From positions 1-13,729 of the forward strand of contig NW_021826082.1 of NCBI RefSeq assembly GCF_006345805.1: DNA of 13,729 nucleotides, in the 5' to 3' direction. A program made the position numbers and the translations under genes. The notes below the pieces were generated by a model. It saw nothing but the letters and a program-made list of their open reading frames with translations, did no database searches and was not told the origin of the DNA. Shown piece after piece: positions 1-8,986 of the stretch. The stretch comes from Octopus sinensis. Lineage: Eukaryota. Each line of letters begins with the position of its first letter. The stretch's first letter is position 1.

Positions 1-90
1 ATATATATAAATCTACTTAGTCAGGGAGGGGCTTCAACCCCCCAAACTCCTTCATTTCCTACGTACATTTATACATTTTCAATGGTAATA

Positions 91-166
<76 letters not shown>

Positions 167-170
167 TTTC
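91..170. repeat. (CTTT)n microsatellite
   Basis: Near-perfect CTTT run read directly; the KERK repeats in the ORF track come from it. Confidence 0.97.
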
Positions 171-285
171 CCCTCTCCCAACACACACACACGCGCGCGT
201 AAACAGACACCATCATGTATGAAAGTTTACTTCTAGAAAAAAAATAATAATAATAATAGTAATCTCGTCTAATGCATTTAAATGT

Positions 286-551
286 AGAGGCGCGTGGCTT
301 AGTGGTTAGGGCGTCAGCAGCATCATGATCGTTAGATTGTGGTTTCGATTCCTGGACCGGGCGACGCGTTGCGTTCTTGAGCAAAACACTTCATTTCACG
401 TTGCTCCAGTCCACTCAGCCGGCAAAAATGAGTGACGTTGCGGTGGACTGGTGTCCCGTTCAGCTGGGGGGGGGGACACATACGCCATGGAAACCGGGAA
501 CCCGGGCCCATGAGCCTGGTTATGCTTTAAAAGGGCACATTTATTTATTTT
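286..551 (+). mobile_element. tRNA-derived SINE, copy 1 (head/body type A, 3' domain type X)
   Basis: A box TGGCTTAGTGG and B-box-like GTTTCGATTCC; (TTTA)n-like tail; probable 15-bp TSD AATGCATTTAAATGT (271-285) / AATGCATTTAGATAT (552-566), 2 mismatches. The 5' half matches copy 5 and the 3' part matches copy 4. Confidence 0.85.
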
Positions 552-576
552 AATGCATTTAGATATCTCAACGATA

Positions 577-1026
577 GGCGCAGGCGTGGTTCTAGAGTAA
601 GAAGCTTGCTTCCCAACCACATGGTTCCGGGTTCAGTCCCACTGCGTGGTACCTTGGGCAAGTGTCTTCAATTAAAGTCGTGGGTCGACCAAAGCTTCGT
701 GAGTGGATTTGGTAGACAGAAACTGACTGAAGCCTGTCGTAGATATCAATATATATATGTATGTATGTGTATGTGTGTGTGAGACAGAGAGAGAGAGAGA
801 GAGACAACCGATGTTGGTGTGTTTACATTCCTGTAACATAGCGATTCAGCAAAAGAGACCGACAGAATAAGTGTACTGGGCTTACGAAGAATAAGTCCTG
901 GGTTCGATTTTTTCGACTAAAAACCCTTTAAAGCGGTGCCCCAGCATGGCCACGTCAAATGACTGCAACAAGTAAAAGAATGCAAGAATGCAAGAATGCA
1001 AGAATAAAAGAATGAAAGAATGAAAG
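577..1026 (+). mobile_element. tRNA-derived SINE with internal microsatellite, copy 2
   Basis: Colinear with 2953-3335 and with the reverse complement of 12077-12439. GGGTTCAGTCCC B-box-like motif, internal AT/GT/GA tract (~750-803), and a 3' end CAAATGACTGCAACAAGTAAAAG followed by an (AAGAATGC)n-type tail. Confidence 0.88.
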
Positions 1027-1140
1027 GACAGTATTTAGTAGACATGTCTTGTGCAGAATACATTAACGAATTTGAAGGAACCAAGTTGTGTCTTCACAGA
1101 TAAAGCAGTATAATGAGGGGTGTCTATTTAATTTTGATTC

Positions 1141-1141
1141 G

Positions 1142-1220
<79 letters not shown>

Positions 1221-1246
1221 GTGTATGTGTGTGTGTGTGTGTGTGT
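1141..1246. repeat. Compound (GT)n(AT)n(GT)n microsatellite
   Basis: Read directly. Confidence 0.95.
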
Positions 1247-1410
1247 GGATTGCACTTTAAGTTCAGCGCCATCAATTCACCGTGAAGAAAGTTCACCGCG
1301 AGAAAAGCTTACCGAGTAAAAATATATATATTCATAGAATCTCACTATTAATAGTTAAAAGTTTATTTTAATGAATGAGAAAAGCGGCGAAGTTGATGAC
1401 AGTGAAGATA

Positions 1411-1505
1411 GTGTGTGTATGTGTGTGTATGCATAGAGAGAGAGAGAGAGAGACAGACAGAGAGACAGAGAGAAAGAGAGAGTGAGAGAGATAAGTAAGT
1501 AGGTT

Positions 1506-1548
<43 letters not shown>

Positions 1549-1551
1549 GGG

Positions 1552-1603
<52 letters not shown>

Positions 1604-1636
1604 AAGATAGATAGATAGATAGACATAGATTGATAC

Positions 1637-1668
<32 letters not shown>

Positions 1669-1677
1669 GTAGATAGG

Positions 1678-1716
<39 letters not shown>

Positions 1717-1782
1717 GTAGATAGATAGATAAATAGATAGATAGATAAATAGATAGATAGATAGAAATATATATATATATAT

Positions 1783-1821
<39 letters not shown>

Positions 1822-1950
1822 CACAAGTACACATACATATATACATTCACGCATATATACATTCATACAAGCACGCACATACATAATACATACATACATA
1901 CATACGTGTGTGAGAGTGTGTGTGTAATATATGCAGATATATGTGTATTG
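1411..1950. repeat. Long (GATA)n array (~1490-1822) with flanking GT/GA/CA/AT tracts
   Basis: Read directly; source of the YLSI-repeat ORFs. Confidence 0.95.
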
Positions 1951-2029
1951 TATGTCAGCTTGGGCGTTTGTGTGAGACTTGAGCCGAAATTGTAGTGTGA
2001 CGGACCTCTGGATTGCATAAATAGGCTAT

Positions 2030-2501
2030 ACATAGACGCACGCGCGTGCGTGTGCTGGTGTGTATCTGTGTGTGTGTGTGTGCATGTGTGTGTGTGTGGT
2101 GTGTGTGTGTCCATACGCATACTTGCGTATACACGTATACAATATCTCTCAGTACATTGTTTTAAGTGGCCGGACATCGGTTCTTTTTGAACTTGTCACT
2201 CCCTAGAATATGTATTATGTACGTACGTATGTATGTATGTATGTATGTATGTATCTATGTATGTATGTATGTATGCATGTGTGTGTGTATATATTATATA
2301 TATACACACACTATGTATGTTATACACACATATAAGTATAATATATATACACACTATGTATGTTAAACACATATATAAGTAGATATATTATATATGTATA
2401 TATATGTAATATATATATATTATATATATATTAATATAATATATATACACCACTATGTATGTTAAACACATATATAAGTAGGTATATATATATATATGTA
2501 G

Positions 2502-2592
<91 letters not shown>

Positions 2593-2640
2593 ACTATCAT
2601 ATGGATATATATGTGTGTGTGCGTGTATATGTATATATAT
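2030..2640. repeat. Mixed GT / TATG / AT microsatellite cluster with a short unique interruption (~2135-2212)
   Basis: Read directly. Confidence 0.9.
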
Positions 2641-2952
2641 ATTGCATGGATCATCAGTTCATATGGCATAATATTTTGTCTCGTGTTACATCTATTAAAC
2701 AGGTCATGTGACACACAAATCATTGCTGCGTGGGGGTGGTTGTTCTCTTCAATTATTTCTTGTATTGTTTTTGTATTTCATTTCTCTCACTATTCCTTTC
2801 TATTTTTCTGGTGAAGGTTTCATGTCTGAAACGTATAGAGATCTCTATTTTCATTTTCATTTTCTCAGTGTAAAACTCATACAAATACCATCTTTGTACT
2901 TTATCTTGTCTATTATGTTATTTTCATAGTTCTAATTGATTTATTGTGACTG

Positions 2953-3335
2953 TGTGGCTGTGTGGTAAGTAGCTTGCTAACTAACCACATGGTTCTGGGT
3001 TCAGTCCCACTGCGTGGCATCTTGGGCAAGTGTCTTCTGCTATAGCCCCGGGCCGACCAATGCCTTGTGAGTGAATTTGGTAGACGGAAACTGAAAGAAG
3101 CCTGTCGTATATATGTATATGTATATATGTGTGAGTGTATGTGTTTGTGTGTCTGTGTTTGACCCCCTAGCATTGCTTGACAACCGATGCTGGTGTGTTT
3201 ACGTCCCCGTCACCTAGCGGTTCGGCAAAAGAGACCAATAGAATAAGTACTGGGCTTACAAAGAATAAGTCCCGGGGTCGATTTGCCGCAGTCAAATGAC
3301 TCAAACAAGTAAAAGAGTAAAAGAGAGTAAAGAGT
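2953..3335 (+). mobile_element. tRNA-derived SINE with internal microsatellite, copy 3 (same family as copy 2)
   Basis: GTGGCTGTGTGGTAAG head, GGGTTCAGTCCC, internal AT/GT tract and (AAAAGAGT)n tail. It lacks the segment between GTCGATTTG and CCGCAGTC that copies 2 and 6 carry. Confidence 0.9.
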
Positions 3336-3517
3336 ATATCTTTTAATCCGAATATATCTCTGGATTTGCGACATTGCAGGAAAGTTTTTCACGACTACAT
3401 GTTTCTCTTGGAGTATCACAGATTTCGAATATTTCATGAAAAAATCGCTTCCCATTCATTAAATGATGTTTCGACCTAGTTTTGAGTATGTATCAGTCAT
3501 TTCCCCTTTGTTAATTC

Positions 3518-3764
3518 TGTAACGTAATTCGATGCGTACAATAAATAAGATAACCAGAAAAGAGTAAAAACGATGTAACGAACTAACAAATCTCTTTACG
3601 AACCGACATTCAATATTCCTTGTGAACTAACCAACCGACACCTTCCGACTTCACCGCGAACTAACACGAACGTCACTCGAATCCGAACTCTGAACGTTTG
3701 AACTCATCCGGATCGTTACTATTTATAATTTACTCGGACCAGTGTCGTAAGTCTCATCACAACA
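3518..3764 (-). repeat. 3' LTR (247 bp)
   Basis: Reads TGTAACG...CATCACAACA on +, i.e. TG...CA. A 111-bp core matches the other LTR at 105/111 by hand alignment. The PPT abuts it directly. Confidence 0.9.
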
Positions 3765-3775
3765 TTTCCCCTTTT
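3765..3775 (-). other. Polypurine tract
   Basis: Minus strand AAAAGGGGAAA immediately followed by the TG of the 3' LTR. Confidence 0.85.
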
Positions 3776-4021
3776 GAGATTTCGACTACTGTGAGAAAGC
3801 GGAATTTCTTTTATTTTCTTTTTCTTTTCAGCACATCTCCGACTTTTATTTGCTGTTGTATCAATTCTTGCCCCACTTTTAAGGTAATATTGTTCGTCGC
3901 ACACACCACATTTTTTCGTTGTACTAAGTGCTCTTGTTAGCACTCTTTTTTGTTCTTTGCTTTTGTTTTTACTTTAAATTTGATATATTTTGCATTTAGG
4001 TATTACTTCAAGATATTCAGT

Positions 4022-4531
4022 CTATTTTCGTTTCCTGGAACTAGTTCTATGAGGCTCAATATCTCTCGGTGCTGGCACTTCAAACATGTCATAGAAGACT
4101 TCCATTGGTATTACCCATCGTTCTTTTGTATGTCTCATCTTAAACTGGATAAAGTGTTTCTTATGTCTCATCTTAAACTGGATAAAGTGTTTCTTATGTT
4201 CCGAACGTTCTCCTTTAACTAAATACATCATGTTACATAATATTTTGATTACACAGCTACCCTCCGTAACTTCTTTACCATTCTTGTAATTTTTAAAATG
4301 AACTTCATCGCATACTTCGAAACGTTTTGTAACAATTCGTGTATTTATTTCAAATGTATTTTTTGTCTTTCTTTTATATGCATTTTTTCCTGGCAATAAT
4401 TTATCGAAGATCGATTTTATTTTACGAGCGAGCATTAATTCTGCTGGTGACTTCCCTGAATTAGTATTTGGATTAAGCGTTATTCTATATACTCTCAAAA
4501 ATTTCGTTGGTGCCTCGTCATTATCTATCTC
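4022..4531 (-). pseudogene. pol: Integrase C-terminal fragment
   Basis: FLRVYRITLNPNTNSGKSPAELMLARKIKSIFDKLLP matches the FL..YR.TP...T..SPAEL..GR..R...D.L.P segment at the end of the Gypsy integrase core. Confidence 0.85.
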
Positions 4532-5110
4532 GTTCTTTAATTTTTTTAAGGACACACTTCACGTGTTCGATATACTCATTCAGCGATTCGCTTTTGATTA
4601 ACACGTCCATCAAGATAAGGAATAGCAAATTGACAGTCTGCCAACATCGCGTCCATCACCTATTGAAATACTGTAGTTGCTTCCTTCAGTCCAAAAGGTC
4701 GTCTATTGCATTTATATAAACCTCTGTGCGTGTTGACCCTTAACAGTTTTGAGCATTTTTCATCTACCTTGATTTGTAGATATGCGTCAAACAGATCGAA
4801 TTTTGAAAACATTTTCCCTCCGTTTAGTATCGTAAAAATATCTTCTGGGGTCAGGAGTGGATAATGGTTCATTTTTAAACAGCCATTTAAATCGGTTTAA
4901 AAATCGGAACAGTCTAATTTTGTTATTTTGCTTTTTTTATACATACATACATCGGGAGCTGCCCATTTCGCGTAATCCACTTTTTCAACGATTCTGTTAT
5001 TTTTTCCAATCTGTCCAACTTATCGTCCACTTACTTTATTGCCGCAAAAGGCGCTTTCCAGTTAGGCTTGAACACAGATGTAACTTTATCATCTAATTCA
5101 AAACTCGCTC
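4532..5110 (-). pseudogene. pol: Reverse transcriptase N-terminal remnant
   Basis: EKVDYAKWAAP; YPLLTPEDIFTILNGGKMFSKFDLFDAYLQ...NTHRGLYKCNRRPFGLKEATTVFQ, then a stop, then VMDAMLADCQFAIP-YLDD. The YLDD motif (4605-4617) is broken by a 1-nt insertion. Confidence 0.9.
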
Positions 5111-5179
5111 CAGTCTTTGTGTATAGACCTAGTTTGTCCGAGAGTGCTTGCGGAAACATTTTGTTTTTTAATTTTCTCT

Positions 5180-5520
5180 TTAACTCGTCAGACAAATTTT
5201 TTTAGAGGGACAACCATATACATTTTCACAATAGAGATTTACGGGGAGGCCCCATACACTGAATAATTTTAACCAATCGGTACCCAAAAGATCGGTCTCC
5301 TTTTTAACGACGAAGACTTTCACCTCGCATATTTTCCCTCGAAATGTGACATTGGTGCACATTTCACCTGTCACGTTACGAGCAGATTTCGTTGTTTTTC
5401 TCAACATAGGTTTCCCTATTTTCTTACATGTGTCCATATCTATTATTGAAATATCATTTCCAGTATCCAATTGAAGTTTAATATGCATTCCATTTACTTC
5501 TACGTGTATGAATCTTCTTA
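5180..5520 (-). pseudogene. pol: Retropepsin-like aspartic protease remnant
   Basis: RRFIHVEVNGMHIKLQLDTGNDISII (LDTG at 5459-5470) and a downstream DLLGTDWL motif. Confidence 0.88.
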
Positions 5521-5539
5521 TTTAGGAGTCGCTTTTTGT

Positions 5540-6470
5540 TTATGCTGAGAGCACTCTAGGATTTTCAACGTTTGACCTTCGTAATTTGGTTCTACAGTGT
5601 GAACTTTTGTGACCAAATCTTTTGCATCTGTAATATTTTTGATTTTTAAATGAACTGTCTTTTCTAAAATGTATGCCCCTACATCCATAACGTGGATTAG
5701 GACGTGGCGTTCTTTTTTGGTTGTACTTTGTCGGTTGGCATATCTGTATTTTTGAGGAACACTTTCCTTGAATTTTTTCTACATCATGTTTGAGGTTTAC
5801 CATCTTTTGGTATCCTTCTGCCACAAACTGCAAGGGTAGGTCTTGGTTCATTTCTTCCAATTTCGAAAGAAGTCTTGTCCGACTTTCTGTATCTTCGCTT
5901 GCTGTAAGGCTTTGTACGGAAATAAGGCACTTGAACATCTTCAGGTGTAAGTTCTTTGAGTTTAAAACTTTCACACATCCTGTTGACTGTTCCTACATAT
6001 GTTGTAAAAATCATCTTTATTTTTCTATGTTATATTCCAACACTCCTTTTGAGTGTTAAATAGAGAAGTTTTATCACTGAATTTGTTAGACAGTAATTCT
6101 ATTGTTTCTTTAAAACAAATTTCAATGGGTCTTTTTGAGCAATATGAAATTACAATAACTTTCATGCTCTAACAGAGCTAATTTTCACAATAACAATCTC
6201 ACTTTTTGTTCATCCGACCATGATTTGTAATCTTGCTTAAACATCCCCTCGAACTTCTGTAGTATGAAGCAACTTTTCTCTGGGTTATAACTAAATTCGT
6301 TAATCGAGTTCGAAATGCCATCTAGCAAAAGCGAACTTACCTCATTTTTGGACTTCTTTGAATACAGCTCCGATAATTGTTGTTGTTGTAGTTGTTGCTG
6401 TAATAGTTGCTTCTGCAACTCCCGTTGCTGCTCTTGTTGCTCTTGCAACTGTAATATTGTTGTGTCGACG
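5540..6470 (-). pseudogene. gag: gag remnant with Gln-rich N-terminus and degenerate CCHC knuckles
   Basis: QEQQEQQ...ISNSINEFSYNPE...WSDEQKVRLLL; RTRLLSKLE; knuckle-like YGCRGIHFRKDS and YRCKRFGHKSSHC. Split across frames. Confidence 0.8.
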
Positions 6471-6672
6471 CCCCCAGACGATGAAGTAGACTAGCCCAAT
6501 ACGTAGATATAGAGGGAGAAGTCTAGAGGTCAGTGGAGTAAAAGAGTAGAGGAGGGTTGAGTAGCGGTCATCCGAACGTGCAACATAACAAATATGGAAG
6601 TTAATAGGTCTTCCATTATTTAACAAGTTGTACCACGAACAGATTGTTAAATAACCTACGTGGGTTTCGAAA

Positions 6673-6685
6673 ACCCTCGTCGCTA
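6673..6685 (-). other. Primer-binding site, probably for tRNA-Ser(GCU)
   Basis: Minus strand TAGCGACGAGGGT, 5 nt inside the 5' LTR. It is 12/13 complementary to the recalled eukaryotic tRNA-Ser(GCU) 3' end ...ACCCTCGTCGCCA. Confidence 0.75.
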
Positions 6686-6690
6686 GAAGT

Positions 6691-7256
6691 TGTAACGTAA
6701 TATGCTACGTACAATAAATAGGATAACCAAACAACAACAAAAACAATGTAACAAATCTCTTTACGAACCAACAATCAATATTCCTTCTGAACTAACCAAC
6801 CGACACCTTCCGACTTCACTGCGAACTAACACGAACTTCACTCGACTCCGAACTCTGAACTCACTCGGATCGTTATCTATATTTTACTCGGACAAATCTG
6901 CCTCTAGCAAGGGGACGGAGGCACATGGCCTAATGGTTAGAGTAGCTGACTCGCGGTCGAGGGATCGCGGGTTCGAATCTCAGACCGGATGATGTGTATG
7001 TTTATGAAACAAACACCTAAGCTCCACGCGGCTCCGGCAGAAAGTAATGGCGAAATTCTGCTGACTCTTTCGCCACAACTTTCTCTCACTATTTCCTCCT
7101 GCAGCTTGCAGCTCACCTGCGACGGACCGGCGTTCTGTCCAGGTGGGGAACCTATACGCCAAGGAAACCGGGAAACCGGCCCTTATGAGCCAGGCATAGC
7201 TCGAGAAGGATAATCTATCTCTCTAGCAAGGGGACGTCGTAACAATCATCACAATA
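6691..7256 (-). repeat. 5' LTR interrupted by a SINE insertion
   Basis: Starts TGTAACGTAAT like the other LTR and resumes after the SINE as TCGTAACAATCATCACAATA (other LTR: TCGTAAGTCTCATCACAACA). Confidence 0.88.
6918..7220 (+). mobile_element. tRNA-derived SINE, copy 4 (tRNA-Arg-like head, 3' domain type X), inserted in the 5' LTR
   Basis: A box TGGCCTAATGG, B box GGTTCGAATCT, TAATCTATCT tail, and a perfect 16-bp TSD CTCTAGCAAGGGGACG (6902-6917 and 7221-7236). Confidence 0.92.
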
Positions 7257-7620
7257 GTTTTAAATAATGTTGGGTACATTTTTATCTAAACAAACACAAA
7301 CAGACACGTGCATATGACTAAGAATAAAACGCATGTCTGATCTCCAGAACTTGAGATACCATACGTAGCAGAAGTCATATTTTTCTCACATTTTAATAAC
7401 AATTTTTTTTTCTGGGAGATGTGATATGACACTTAAAAGATGTTAAACTTCAGTCTTTTGATATCAGTTAAGCTTTTGTCCCTCTGTTTTTTTGGTTTGT
7501 TTTTTTTTGTCTTTTTTTTTCTTAGTTTTAACATGTTAATGTTATTGTTACTATGACAACGGAATCACCAAAACTCATAATATTAAGATTTTACGTTGTT
7601 TTATTTCTTTGTTAGATTTC

Positions 7621-8570
7621 TTGTATGTATGTATGTATGTATGTATGTATGTATGTATGTATGTATATATTATGTATGTATTATGTATGTATGTATGTAT
7701 GCATGTATGTATATATGTATGTACATGTGTATGTACGTTTGTAAGTATGTATGTATATGTACAATTTTGTTGTATGTATATATGTATGGATATATTATGT
7801 ATATATGTATGTAATATGTATGTATATATGTATGTTATATGTATGTATGTATGTATATATTATGATATATATGTATGTATATATGTATGTATTATGTATG
7901 TATGTATATATGTATGTATATATGTATGTATATATGTATGTATATATGTATGTATATATGTATGTATATATGTATGTATATATTTATATATGTATGTATA
8001 TATTATGTATGTATATATGTATGTATGTATGCATGTATATATATATGTATGTATGTACATGTGTATGTTTGTAAGTATGTATGTATATATGTATGTATAT
8101 ATGTATGTATGTATGTATATATGTATGTATATATTATGTATGTATATATGTATGTATTATGTATGTATGTATATATGTATGTATATATGTATGTATATAT
8201 GTATGTATATATGTATGTATGTATATATGTATGTATGCATGTATGTATATATGTATGTATGTACATGTGTATGTTTGTAAGTATGTATGTATATATGTAT
8301 GTATTATGTATGTATATATATATGTATATATGTATGTATATATGTATGTATGTATATATTATGTATGTATATATGTATGTATATATGTATGTATGTATGT
8401 ATGTATATATTATGTATGTATATATTATGTATGTATGTGTGTATATATATGTATGTATGTATATATGTATGTATATATGTATGTATGTATGCATGTATGT
8501 ATGTATGTATGTATGTATGTATGTATGTTGTATGTATGTATGTGCGTACGTGTGCGTGTGTTTGTTTGTA
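7621..8570. repeat. ~950-bp (TATG)n/(TATGTATA)n microsatellite
   Basis: Read directly; source of the MYVC and YIHT repeat ORFs. Confidence 0.96.
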
Positions 8571-8582
8571 TTTATATTTGAA

Positions 8583-8918
8583 GGCACGTGGCTTAGTGGT
8601 TAGGGCATTCGGCTCTCGATCATAAGGTCGTAAGTGCAATTCCCGGCGGCGCGTTGTGTTCTTGAGCAAGACACTTTATTCCACGTTGCTCCAGTCCACT
8701 CAGCTGGCAAAAGTGAGTTTTACCTGTATTTCAAAAGGCCAGCCTTGTCACATTCTGTGTCACGTTGAATCTCCCTGAGAACTACCCAAGGTAGTTCCCA
8801 TGTGACTGAGCATTCTGCTCTGTGGAATACTCAGTCACATGCCCATTAATTTTACGAGCAGTCTGTTCCGTTCATCGGATCAATTAGAACCCTCGTTGCC
8901 TTTACCGACTGAGTGCCA
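8583..8918 (+). mobile_element. tRNA-derived SINE, copy 5 (head/body type A, different 3' domain Y)
   Basis: A box TGGCTTAGTGG; shares TTCTTGAGCAA.ACACTT.ATT.CACGTTGCTCCAGTCCACTCAGC.GGCAAAA with copy 1 and then diverges. The 3' end is approximate. Confidence 0.8.
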
Positions 8919-8986
8919 ATTCTTTTTATATTTATATACACGAGTGTGATATGATTGTATGCATATGTACATGGTTGTATGTTGTA

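Larger units (their letters stand above)
3518..7256 (-). mobile_element. Decayed, internally deleted Ty3/Gypsy LTR retrotransposon (non-autonomous)
   Basis: Two homologous direct terminal repeats, a PBS next to the right LTR and a PPT next to the left LTR. Minus-strand remnants run in the order gag, protease, RT, integrase C-terminus (Gypsy order), with many stops and frameshifts. Confidence 0.93.

Noticed and set aside
20-65. G-run/C-run motif resembling a MITE terminus
   Set aside because: It lies at the window edge, is degenerate, and has no partner terminus visible.
1063-2671. Long ORFs rich in YLSI, CV, HT and YI repeats
   Set aside because: They are translations of GATA, GT and AT microsatellites, which lack stop codons by composition.
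3210-3455. 81-aa minus-strand ORF beside the 3' LTR
   Set aside because: Its C-terminal half runs through SINE copy 3, and no frame of 3336-3517 gives a recognisable motif.
6918-6990. tRNA-Arg-like sequence
   Set aside because: It has A and B boxes but no complete acceptor stem, continues into a SINE body, and is flanked by a TSD.
7480-7600. Strong polypyrimidine tract ending TTCTTAG
   Set aside because: No open frame, coding-like composition or donor site follows; T-runs are common in this window.
7596-8669. ORFs up to 242 aa (MYVC and YIHT repeats)
   Set aside because: They are translations of the TATG array with no protein complexity.
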